A stretch of DNA of 64,000 bases, taken from contig CAZXFB010000024.1 of the NCBI GenBank assembly GCA_964639725.1, forward strand, positions 1,638 to 65,637, in the 5' to 3' direction. The translations under genes were made by a program, and so were the position numbers. The notes under the pieces are model-generated. The model searched no databases. It was not told the origin of the DNA and was given only the letters and a program-made list of their open reading frames with translations. The stretch is from an uncultured Rikenellaceae bacterium (GTDB lineage Bacteria; Bacteroidota; Bacteroidia; Bacteroidales; VadinHA17). Positions 28,855-38,174 of this stretch are shown in pieces; position 1 is the stretch's first letter; every line of letters starts with the position of its first letter.

Positions 28855-29505
28855 TTACATAACTATCTTTATCGACATGGCTGAAAGAAGATCCGCAGCT
28901 TTTTGTGCAAGATCGGAGATATTCTCCAGATGATGGATTATATATCTTAAATGTGCCTTATGGGCAAGATCTAACTCCTTCATTTCCTGGAATATGACTC
29001 TTTTAGTACTATTAGCTATTTTATCAGTCTCACTCTCAAAGTAATAGACCTTGAGTAATTTTTCGCGAACTGTATGTGGTGCTGTAAAAAAGGCCCTGGC
29101 TGCTGGTATCAGTTCCTCGGCAGCACTAGCTGATGTCTCGGCAATGCTGTGTATTTTTTTATTAAGTGAAGAAGGAATATCGGGCATTTCAATGTAAAAC
29201 TCATTAAGAGAGCTCTTTATTGCATCAATAATTTCATCCATTTCATCTATTAAGGTGCTTACTTCAGCTCTGTGCTGTGGTAGTATTGAGTGAGTTATCA
29301 TTTCATTTTCAATTGACCTCTGAAGCTTATCGGCATTGTTTTCAAGAGTTTCTACTTTCTGACGATGCCTCTCAAAAGCTTCCATATCCTTTTCAAGATA
29401 AGCCTTAATCGCCTCCTTGAAAACAAGCAATCCTATATCTATATTGTCAAAGAATTCGTTAATCCTGATAATCAGGTTCTTTGTTGTACGTGTAAATACT
29501 GGCAT
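28855..29505 (-). CDS. PhoU-like DUF47 protein (Pit accessory/phosphate transport regulator family)
   Basis: 216 aa and all-helical. It sits immediately upstream of, and on the same strand as, the PiT gene, which is the classic pairing. Confidence 0.75.
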   Translation of the reverse strand: MPVFTRTTKNLIIRINEFFDNIDIGLLVFKEAIKAYLEKDMEAFERHRQKVETLENNADKLQRSIENEMITHSILPQHRAEVSTLIDEMDEIIDAIKSSLNEFYIEMPDIPSSLNKKIHSIAETSASAAEELIPAARAFFTAPHTVREKLLKVYYFESETDKIANSTKRVIFQEMKELDLAHKAHLRYIIHHLENISDLAQKAADLLSAMSIKIVM

Positions 29506-29614
29506 CTCATATTGATTATTAGGTTCTTATGGCAAATGTATTAACTTTTGTCAATTAATGTGATCTTAAGAGTGTTGAAACCTGCTAAAAATGATAACAG
29601 ATATATCACTTCTG

Positions 29615-30985
29615 TTAAAAATCTATTATTTTTTCAACCTTGTTGTTTTTAAGGTACTGTTTTAGTATTACCTGAATATCCCGATTATCTTTTGATTGTA
29701 TTATACAGTCATGAATAGCGCTTAATCCGAATCCCATTTCATTGATATTAAAATAGCCATAACCAGTATATTTACCATTCGTAATTTTTACGGCACTACG
29801 CTCTTCTTCGTTCCTTCCTTTGTCAATAATGAAGAAGTTACGTCTTGTAAAAATGAATTCTTCCGACACTTTTTTTGCACGATCATTGTACTTTTCAGCC
29901 GTTTCTATGCCACTGCAGGCTCCTTTGCATATTCCGACATGAAACTGGAAGCATGAACCTTCTGTATCATAGAGTCCTGCCAGTTTCTGGCAAAGTTCAT
30001 AAGTTTCCACTACAGATATCAGTTTTGCTTTTGCCTTTTCTTTTGATGTGAAAACTGAAAGAGGAAAATCATCCGAATTAACTTGTCCATAACGGAAATT
30101 CAGATATCCGTTCTTGTCAGTAAAGCTGAAGATGCCCCATTGGAATCCGGTCCTTCGCTGTGCTCTGTTAAAGACAGGTTTATTATCCTTTATCTCAAAT
30201 GACTCCCTCAGGAGGGCAATAAGTTCACTTCCAGTAACTTCCCAATGGATGTCAGCAATTAAATCACGCATTTCCATGGCTCTGTTAGTTGAATTATTTG
30301 AGAGGTGCGTACTTATTCTTTGTTGAAGGTCACAGCTTTTCCCAATGTAAAGAAGGTCTCCCTTTTCATTATAGAAGTAGTATATTCCAGGTTCATCAGG
30401 TATTTTATCTATTTTCGAGATATCGAGGTTAGGATTGAGTTTGGATAGTTTAGTATTCTTTATCAGATTGGACGTTAAACCATTGATATCATGATCCTTT
30501 TTAAGTAACATTTCAAAAAGCCTGGTAGTAGCAAGAGCATCACCAGCTGCCCTATGGCGGCCATTTATATTGATATTCAAATCTTTACATATATTGCCAA
30601 GACTGTAAGACCTGTGACCGGGGAATATCTTTCTGCTCAGGGCAACTGTGTCTATTACACTTCTCCTGTAATTAAATCCCAAAGCCTTAAACTCCTGTCT
30701 GATAAATGAATAGTCAAATCTTGCATTATGTGCAACAAATGTTCTCCCTTCTGTTAACTCAATTATAGTTTTTGCTATCTCAAAAAAATGTGGAGCATCT
30801 TCAACCATTTCGTTTGTAATACCGGTAAGGTTTGTGATAAAATAAGGAATATTACGTTCAGGGTTGATCAGTGAAACAAAATCTCCTGTAATTTTTTCTC
30901 CATCGTGCAGGTATATTGCAATTTCTGTTATTTTTTCTGTCCTGGGACTACCTCCTGTTGTCTCAATGTCGACTATTGCATACAT
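29615..30985 (-). CDS. DnaQ-like 3'-5' exonuclease fused to a GIY-YIG (UvrC/Cho-like) nuclease domain
   Basis: ATG at 30985 (MYAIVDIETTGG… is the Exo I motif). It also has FVAHNARFDYSF, HRAAGDA and the GIY-YIG segment GIYYFYNEKGDLLYIGKS. Confidence 0.8.
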   Translation of the reverse strand: MYAIVDIETTGGSPRTEKITEIAIYLHDGEKITGDFVSLINPERNIPYFITNLTGITNEMVEDAPHFFEIAKTIIELTEGRTFVAHNARFDYSFIRQEFKALGFNYRRSVIDTVALSRKIFPGHRSYSLGNICKDLNININGRHRAAGDALATTRLFEMLLKKDHDINGLTSNLIKNTKLSKLNPNLDISKIDKIPDEPGIYYFYNEKGDLLYIGKSCDLQQRISTHLSNNSTNRAMEMRDLIADIHWEVTGSELIALLRESFEIKDNKPVFNRAQRRTGFQWGIFSFTDKNGYLNFRYGQVNSDDFPLSVFTSKEKAKAKLISVVETYELCQKLAGLYDTEGSCFQFHVGICKGACSGIETAEKYNDRAKKVSEEFIFTRRNFFIIDKGRNEEERSAVKITNGKYTGYGYFNINEMGFGLSAIHDCIIQSKDNRDIQVILKQYLKNNKVEKIIDF

Positions 30986-31076
30986 AATAAATTCCGATGA
31001 AGCGTCTAATATAAGCAAGATTTTCGGGCAGTATGATTATTAGTTTGTATTTTTGTTATAGCTAAACAGATCGTCT

Positions 31077-31904
31077 ATGAATGAATGCTACGGTAAAAAG
31101 TTCATTATTAACGGTGAGCTGCAACCTTCTGAGATGTTTCATAACTCTCTCATATATGAAGGTGATTCAATCTATGAGGTTATAAGGATGGTAAGAGGAA
31201 ACCCTGTGTTCTTCCACGATCATATGGAAAGGTTGCAAACCAGCCTTAAACTTCAGCGAAAAAATGTATTGGCAGATGTTGAAGCCCTGAGGAAGGATAT
31301 TATAAACCTGACAAAATCAAATAAGGAAAAACAAGCCAATCTGAAGATAGTGTTTAACTATAATAAAGATTCATCAGATTATCTTGTTTATTTTATTAAA
31401 CCCATTTATCCAAGTGATGAGCAGTACAGGACAGGAGTAAAGGGTATCCTTTTTCTTGCTGAGCGGAAAACCCCGGAATCAAAAGTAATTGATCATAGAC
31501 TTCGTTCATCAATCTACCATAAATTGATCCTTGAAGGTGGATATGAAGCTTTGCTGGTAAATGAAAAAAATTTAATTACTGAAGGCAGCAGGTCAAATAT
31601 TTTTTTCATTAAGGATGAGTTGCTTTACACAGCACCTGACAATGTAATCCTGAATGGGATAACACGAAAATATATAATGGAGATATGCCGGGAAAATGAC
31701 ATCAGAATAAAACTTGAATGTGTAAAGGCTGATGAAATTTCTGAATTCGAAGCTGTATTTATGTCAGGTACTTCGCCAATAGTACTTCCCTTTAATTGCA
31801 TCGGTAATATTAACTTTAATACAAAGCTTCCTGTATTTGCAAAGTTGAGGCAATTGTTTTTCAGAAAAGCTGAAGAGAGTATTATTCGCTTCAGATCAGA
31901 ATAA
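31077..31904 (+). CDS. Class IV (fold-type IV) PLP aminotransferase/lyase family protein
   Basis: 275 aa. The pattern SIYEVIRMVRG…FFHDHMERL…, EGSRSNIFFIKD and ILNGITR is typical of IlvE/PabC/Dat-like proteins. Specificity cannot be called. Confidence 0.65.
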   Translation: MNECYGKKFIINGELQPSEMFHNSLIYEGDSIYEVIRMVRGNPVFFHDHMERLQTSLKLQRKNVLADVEALRKDIINLTKSNKEKQANLKIVFNYNKDSSDYLVYFIKPIYPSDEQYRTGVKGILFLAERKTPESKVIDHRLRSSIYHKLILEGGYEALLVNEKNLITEGSRSNIFFIKDELLYTAPDNVILNGITRKYIMEICRENDIRIKLECVKADEISEFEAVFMSGTSPIVLPFNCIGNINFNTKLPVFAKLRQLFFRKAEESIIRFRSE

Positions 31905-31972
31905 CAACCAATAGTTTACAGGTGTAACTTTTATTTGTTATCTTTGAGCCATAAAAATTAAATTCAGGTTTT

Positions 31973-32260
31973 ATGGCAAGTATCAAAGTTTTGAAAAAAG
32001 ATATTGATTACCTTATTTTTGAAGTGATCTCAGATTGTTTTGTATATGCAGGACTTCATCCGGACAATAAAACAGATGAAGTTTCCGGCATTATTTCAGG
32101 AGCAGTCACTCTTAGAAATGACCTTATTGCCCGTGTTAATAACCCTGAAGGCAAAGATGATCCCAAAGTATTGAAGGCTCATTATAAGGCTGTTAATACA
32201 GACCTTGTTGCCGGCGTTGATAAACTTTTTGACCAGCTTAGTTCTCTGTCGAAGAAGTAA
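31973..32260 (+). CDS. Hypothetical protein (95 aa)
   Basis: Clean ORF with plausible composition but no recognisable motif. Its 3' end overlaps the convergent radical SAM gene by 23 nt. Confidence 0.4.
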   Translation: MASIKVLKKDIDYLIFEVISDCFVYAGLHPDNKTDEVSGIISGAVTLRNDLIARVNNPEGKDDPKVLKAHYKAVNTDLVAGVDKLFDQLSSLSKK

Positions 32261-33248
32261 AATATCTGTAAATAGTTGTGCCACATCTGGTACATACACC
32301 TTCTGCATTAAGTTGTAAAAGGCTGACATTATATCCGTTTCTTTTTGTAACAACAATGCCACATCCCGGACAATGTGTATCCTGTCCGTTAGATGAATTT
32401 AAATTGCCCAAATATACATGATCAAGCTTTTCAGAGGCAATATTGAACAGCTTTTCCAATGTACCAGGTGGCGTTGACGGATCCCCTCTTTTAAACATAG
32501 GAAAATATCTGCTGAGGTGTAAAGGAACAGATTTCCCCAGTTCCCCGGCTATCCATTCGGCTTGATTCGCCATCTCAGTTTCATCATCATTCATTCCAGG
32601 AATAATCAAGGTTGTAATTTCGAGATGTCTTCCCGACCTTACTATCTGCTTCAGACTTTTTTTCACCGGTTCGATATCAGCTCCTGTCAGTCTGGTGTAA
32701 AAATTATTATTAAAAGCTTTAAGATCTATATTAAAAGCGTCAATGAATCCAATTATTTCATTGAGAGGAGCCTTATTGACATAACCGTTACTCACCATAA
32801 CGGTTTTCAGTCCAGCAGTTTTTACACCAAGAGCAATATCCCTCATGAATTCGAACCATATTACAGGTTCATTATATGTGAATGCAACGCCAATGTTTTT
32901 ATTTGCGCGGAGAGCATCTTTGACTATTATTTCGGGACTCGTCAAAGACGAATAATCTGCTTTGAATTCCTGTGAAATATTGTGATTCTGGCAAAAATCG
33001 CATCTCATATTGCACCCGTATGAGCCTATTGAAAGAATGTTACTGCCCGGAAAGAAATGATATAATGGCTTTTTCTCGACCGGATCAAGTGAATATGCAG
33101 ATATTTGGCCATAGGTCTGTAATAAAATGTTATTGCCACTCTTCCGCCTCACACCGCAGATACCTGTACTTCCTTCGGCAAGTTTGCATAGATGGGGACA
33201 TAACTGGCATTCCAGTTTATTCCCGGCCGGTTTGCTTAATGAAATCAT
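32238..33248 (-). CDS. AmmeMemoRadiSam system radical SAM enzyme (AmrS-like)
   Basis: 336 aa. It has an N-terminal extra Cys cluster CQLCPHLCKL…GICGVR and the radical SAM motif CNMRCDFCQN. Confidence 0.75.
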   Translation of the reverse strand: MISLSKPAGNKLECQLCPHLCKLAEGSTGICGVRRKSGNNILLQTYGQISAYSLDPVEKKPLYHFFPGSNILSIGSYGCNMRCDFCQNHNISQEFKADYSSLTSPEIIVKDALRANKNIGVAFTYNEPVIWFEFMRDIALGVKTAGLKTVMVSNGYVNKAPLNEIIGFIDAFNIDLKAFNNNFYTRLTGADIEPVKKSLKQIVRSGRHLEITTLIIPGMNDDETEMANQAEWIAGELGKSVPLHLSRYFPMFKRGDPSTPPGTLEKLFNIASEKLDHVYLGNLNSSNGQDTHCPGCGIVVTKRNGYNVSLLQLNAEGVCTRCGTTIYRYFTSSTEN

Positions 33249-33741
33249 CTCTGGTTTTTAGACCAAACAAATTTACATTAATTACATTATTAATTCATTA
33301 ACTATTTTTAACAAATTCAGAACCAATGTTTTTCATATTTAACAGATGCCGGCTGATTCCAAAACATTATTTTTGATCTGATTATTTCCATATAGGGGTG
33401 AGTTTTATTATAATATGAATAATGTTCCGATTATTTAAATGCAACATAAACCAGGGAGCTTGAAATAAAATTAATGGCAGATTTAAATAGTTCATGGCAG
33501 AAGTTATATTCCCTGCAGATGTAAAATTGATTTTTGACGTCTGATTCATTACAGGCTTTTCATACTTCTTAATTGTCCGACAATAATTTTAATAATTACA
33601 GAATGATATCCGATTTTATAATTACTTTTCTCTTTTTAAATTTTAATTTATTCACTTGTATCAAAGTTTCACTACTCAGAAATTTCAGGATTTGTTGACT
33701 ATGCATTTTCCAAATTGTAACATTTATAAATACCGGTTGAA

Positions 33742-34998
33742 ATGAAAAAAAAATCTTTATTATTTACTTGTCTGCTACTAATGTTCATCTTTTCTCTTAA
33801 TGTGGCCGTTTCACAGACAGAAGAAGGATGGAAGGCTTCTCCTCAGACAGTTGAAAAATTATCAAAGGAGAGATCAGAGATCAATTATTATGAGGAAAAG
33901 GTCCCATCTTATACTCTACCTGATCCATTAACCACACTTGACGGCAAAAAAGTGACCAAGGCTCAGGTATGGACAAAAACACGCAGGAATGAAATTCTGG
34001 AACTTTTCCGCGATAATGTTTACGGGAGGGTTCCAAATACACCCTATACCATGAATTTTAAGGTTATAAACGAAGATAAAAATGCAATGGGAGGAGATGC
34101 TACTTTAAAGCAAATCGATATTACAATAGGAGCAGAGAAAGGATCACTGGTAATACATCTTACTCTTTTTGTACCTAATAAAGTACCTAAGCCAGTTCCT
34201 GCTTACCTTCTTATTGATAACAGGGGTCCTGCTAATACTGATCCTACAAGGCAGAAGAAGAGTGAGTTTTGGCCTGCAGAGGAGGTAATAGCCAGAGGAT
34301 ACGCAATTGCAGTGTTTTACAATGCGGATGTCGACCCTGATAATTTTGATGATTTCAAGAATGGAATACATGGACTTCTTGATAAGGGTCAGCGGAATCC
34401 TGATTCATGGGGAACCCTTGCTGCATGGGCATGGGGTGCCAGCCGGTGCATGGATTATTTCGAAACAGATAAGGATATTAATAAGAAAAAAGTTGCAGTA
34501 GTCGGACATTCAAGAGGGGGAAAAACTGCTTTGTGGGCTGGTGCTGAAGATGAACGCTTTGCCCTGGTTATAAGCAATGAATCAGGTTGTGGTGGAGCTG
34601 CCCTGGCAAGACGCCGTTTTGGCGAAACAGTAGCAAGAATAAATAATACACTGCCTCACTGGTTCTGCACCAACTATAAGAAATATGCAAATAATGAAGA
34701 TGCAATGCCGGTTGATATGCATATGCTATTATCACTTATCGCCCCCCGGGCTCTATATGTTGCATGTGCAAGTGAAGACCTGTGGGGCGATCCAAAGGGA
34801 TCATATCTTGCTCTTTACAATGCAGCGCCTGTGTTTCAGCTCTTAAAAACAAATTCAACAATTCCTGAGGCAATGCCTCCACTTAATAAACAGGTAAAAA
34901 GTGGCAGGATGGGATATCACATACGGGACGGCTCTCATAATATGCTGCTTAAAGACTGGAACTGGTTTATGGATTTTGGTGATGGGGTATTAAAATAA
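33742..34998 (+). CDS. Secreted CE15-like glucuronoyl esterase
   Basis: 418 aa with a signal peptide. The nucleophile elbow VVGHSRGGKTALWAGAEDERF matches the bacterial CE15 G-x-S-R-x-GK motif. A C-terminal GYHIRDGSHNM region is also present. Confidence 0.65.
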   Translation: MKKKSLLFTCLLLMFIFSLNVAVSQTEEGWKASPQTVEKLSKERSEINYYEEKVPSYTLPDPLTTLDGKKVTKAQVWTKTRRNEILELFRDNVYGRVPNTPYTMNFKVINEDKNAMGGDATLKQIDITIGAEKGSLVIHLTLFVPNKVPKPVPAYLLIDNRGPANTDPTRQKKSEFWPAEEVIARGYAIAVFYNADVDPDNFDDFKNGIHGLLDKGQRNPDSWGTLAAWAWGASRCMDYFETDKDINKKKVAVVGHSRGGKTALWAGAEDERFALVISNESGCGGAALARRRFGETVARINNTLPHWFCTNYKKYANNEDAMPVDMHMLLSLIAPRALYVACASEDLWGDPKGSYLALYNAAPVFQLLKTNSTIPEAMPPLNKQVKSGRMGYHIRDGSHNMLLKDWNWFMDFGDGVLK

Positions 34999-35244
34999 TT
35001 TTTCCCGGCATTTGTTGCCTGAATATTTTAAATCTGATTAAATGATAAATTGGATTAATATTTTATAAATAATGAACTGAAGTTTTGAAAGGTGAATCAG
35101 ACTATGAATCTGGGCACTATATTTTTACTTCTGGTACTGGCCATCTATTCGTATAAAAACAATAAATAATCCCACTTCACATGGGGATTATATTATAATG
35201 AACTTTTAATTGCATTTACTTATTAGAAATCTGATAGTAATATT

Positions 35245-36264
35245 ATGAAAAATGGATCCAATGTAATTTCAGTCACTTCAGTTCAGATGAAATCAGAGTT
35301 TTTCAGAATCCTGAGGAAGCGTGGTTTCTCAGACATAAAAGCTGACAAATGTGCTGAAATATTTACAGTAAATAGTATAGAAGGAGTTTATTCTCATGGG
35401 GTTAACCGTTTTCCCCGGTTTGTACAATACATTATTGACGGATATGTACTTCCTGATGCTGAACCAACCCTTGTTCACAAAACAGGTTCACTGGAGCAAT
35501 GGGATGGGAATCTTGGTCCAGGTCCGCTTAATGCTACTTTCGCGACAGAACGTGCAATGCAAATAGCCTCTGAACAGGGTATTGGATTGATTGCCCTCGG
35601 GAACACAAATCATTGGATGCGTGGAGGTACTTATGGCTGGATGGCAGCCCGTAAAGGATTCGTATTTATAGGATGGACAAATACGGAAGCCAATATGCCA
35701 GCCTGGGGCGCTACTGATGCACGTCTTGGAAATAATCCGCTGGTAATTGCTGTCCCATATAAAAATGAAGCCATAGTTCTTGATTTTGCTATGACACAGT
35801 TTTCATATGGTAAGATGGAAGCTTATAAGATAGATGGTAAGCAACTTCCTTACCCGGGTGGTTTTAATTCCTTAGGAGAACTGACAACAGATCCTGAAAG
35901 TATTCTGTCAAATAGAAGAGCGCTGCCAATAGGTTACTGGAAGGGAGCTGGGTTATCCCTGCTCCTCGATATTCTTGCAGCAATTCTTTCAGGAGGTCTC
36001 TCAACCCATCAAGTAACCAGTAGAAAAATTGAATATGGCGTTTCACAGGTTTATATTGCCATTAATATTGATAAACTGCATAATTATCAATCTGTTGAGA
36101 TGGTTGTCAACGATATAATTACTTACCTGAAAGAATCTGATCCGGAAAATGAAAGTACCATGATCCGTTTTCCAGGAGAATCTGTTGCCAGGATCAGGAA
36201 AGAAAATATTAAAAATGGCATACCGGTAAACCGGGAAATATGGGAGAATATTAAGAGTTTTTGA
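35245..36264 (+). CDS. dlgD: Ldh2-family dehydrogenase, 3-dehydro-L-gulonate 2-dehydrogenase (YiaK/DlgD)-like
   Basis: 339 aa. GVYSHGVNRFPRFVQ, NHWMRGGTYGW, YWKGAGLSLLLDILAAILSGG and GVSQVYIAINIDKL closely parallel E. coli YiaK as I recall it. Confidence 0.7.
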   Translation: MKNGSNVISVTSVQMKSEFFRILRKRGFSDIKADKCAEIFTVNSIEGVYSHGVNRFPRFVQYIIDGYVLPDAEPTLVHKTGSLEQWDGNLGPGPLNATFATERAMQIASEQGIGLIALGNTNHWMRGGTYGWMAARKGFVFIGWTNTEANMPAWGATDARLGNNPLVIAVPYKNEAIVLDFAMTQFSYGKMEAYKIDGKQLPYPGGFNSLGELTTDPESILSNRRALPIGYWKGAGLSLLLDILAAILSGGLSTHQVTSRKIEYGVSQVYIAINIDKLHNYQSVEMVVNDIITYLKESDPENESTMIRFPGESVARIRKENIKNGIPVNREIWENIKSF

Positions 36265-36268
36265 TTTA

Positions 36269-36742
36269 TTAAATCTCTTCTTTTTTTATTTCAATAATTG
36301 TCTGGTTTGATCCGGAGAATCCAATAATTGAATCTTTGATTTTTTCAATCATCTCAGGATATGTTACTCCAAATCTGAGGATTATTTTTTTCCCCGATTT
36401 AAGGAAGAAGATCATATTCAGGGGAAACAATTCAATCTTTTCAATATCCTCAGCAATCATGTAAACCTGGGGCAGAAATGGATTCTTCTTTAATCTTATT
36501 GATTCTGGTCCGATTTCAATGAATACTTTTGCATATCCCAATCCTGCCCAGATCTGGTAAAATCCAAAAGAAGAAAGCAATATTATTGTTATCCAAAGCG
36601 TAGTATCGGCTTCTATAGCTATCATATTGAAAACTAACCAGATGATCGCAACTGCAAGGCAAACTATGCCAAATAGTATGCGGATTATCCTTGTCAGTTT
36701 ATTATTTTCATTAATTTCCAGCGAGTAGTATTCTTTTTCCAT
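36269..36742 (-). CDS. Hypothetical membrane protein (two TM helices plus a small soluble domain)
   Basis: 157 aa with two clear hydrophobic helices (ILFGIVCLAVAIIWLVF, ITIILLSSFGFYQIWAGLG). Confidence 0.45.
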   Translation of the reverse strand: MEKEYYSLEINENNKLTRIIRILFGIVCLAVAIIWLVFNMIAIEADTTLWITIILLSSFGFYQIWAGLGYAKVFIEIGPESIRLKKNPFLPQVYMIAEDIEKIELFPLNMIFFLKSGKKIILRFGVTYPEMIEKIKDSIIGFSGSNQTIIEIKKEEI

Positions 36743-37146
36743 CTGAATTCATTTCCGGCAATTTATCTATTTTTCACTTAAAGGACAATTGTATCGTGTT
36801 GTAAATTTGTACCTGAATTATTTGTTGCTATTAATCCATGTTACTGTTGTCTCTGTTTTAAAATTAAAAAATCTGTAGTACTCAATCTTTAATAACTTTG
36901 AAATCTGTTAGATTCGTAATAATTCTCAGATTTATTCGGCATCATTATAATGAAAAGAAACAGCTATATTTTTTTATCAACTGATTTTGTTTTAATATTT
37001 TCTTAATTTAGCGAGGTAACTGAGTTTATTAATGAAGATAAAAGATTATCCTGAGTAGAGAATTTATTGTTTACATTATATCAGGATTTATAGTATAATC
37101 AACCTGATTTTATTTAATATTTCAAACTATTAGAATTATAAAGAAG

Positions 37147-37938
37147 ATGAAACACTTATTGATTTTAAGCCTATTATTGGCAACATCTGCCCTTAGTTCA
37201 GGACAGGAACAACAAAGAACTTCTCCTCAGGCTCCCAAACCTGTTGATCCAGCCAAAATGTTACCGGGCATGACGGAGATATGGGATCCGGAAGTGAAAA
37301 TTATTCAACCAGGTGTTTTGAACAGTGATGCACCATCCGATGCCATAGTTTTGTTTAATGGAACGGATGTGATAATGGAATGGACAGATAGTCAGGGAAA
37401 TCCTTCCAAGTGGATCGTAAAAGACGGATCACTTGTATGTGTAAAGGGCTCTGGTATTATTAAAACAAAAAGGAAGTTTACAAATTTTCAGTTGCATATT
37501 GAATGGAAAACACCATCTGAAGTAATAGGTGAGAGCCAGGGACGGGGTAATAGCGGTGTGTTTTTACAGGAACTTTACGAAGTGCAGGTACTTGATAGCT
37601 ACAATAATCGTACTTATCGTCATGGGCAGGCAGGAAGTCTTTATAAACAACATGCTCCTCTTGTAAATGCAAGCAGAAAGCCTGGAGAATGGCAAGTATA
37701 TGATATTATTTACACTGCTCCTACTTTTAATAATGATTCAACAACTTTCTATACTCCTCCCCGGGTAACAGTATTACATAATGGTGTGTTGATTCAAAAT
37801 AATGTAAGTCTAAGGGGTCCAACTGTATATATTGGGATTCCGGAGTATTTTATTAAGAAACATGGTGCAGGAAGCCTCGTTTTACAGGATCATGGTAATC
37901 CTGTTGCATACAGGAATATCTGGATCAGGGAATTGTAG
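37147..37938 (+). CDS. Secreted DUF1080 (3-keto-disaccharide hydrolase family) protein
   Basis: 263 aa with a signal peptide. The jelly-roll pattern W…GSL…F.LH.EW…GNSGVFL…E.QVLD…GSLY…LQDHGNPV.YRNIWIREL is diagnostic of DUF1080. Confidence 0.8.
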   Translation: MKHLLILSLLLATSALSSGQEQQRTSPQAPKPVDPAKMLPGMTEIWDPEVKIIQPGVLNSDAPSDAIVLFNGTDVIMEWTDSQGNPSKWIVKDGSLVCVKGSGIIKTKRKFTNFQLHIEWKTPSEVIGESQGRGNSGVFLQELYEVQVLDSYNNRTYRHGQAGSLYKQHAPLVNASRKPGEWQVYDIIYTAPTFNNDSTTFYTPPRVTVLHNGVLIQNNVSLRGPTVYIGIPEYFIKKHGAGSLVLQDHGNPVAYRNIWIREL

Positions 37939-38174
37939 ATATAACAAGATTAAATAATCAGAATATATTTAAACATGGCAATCAGCTTTTTGGGTAACTC
38001 AGCCGTTGTTATTCACTGATTGAGGAATAAAAGGTCGAAATGAGATAATACTGACGAGTGATACAGATTTGTCCCGAAAACATTTGTTGATCTGTCTTTG
38101 ATTACTAATACGAATTGAAAATCAAATTGAATTTATTATTTTTATAAATTATTTAAAATTTAAATTACCTGACA

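Noticed and set aside
33302-33741. The 440-bp ORF-free region upstream of the CE15-like gene as a possible ncRNA or riboswitch
   Set aside because: I saw no conserved riboswitch core, no stable extended helices and only tiny ORFs (16 aa or fewer). It most likely holds divergent promoters for the radical SAM and CE15-like genes.
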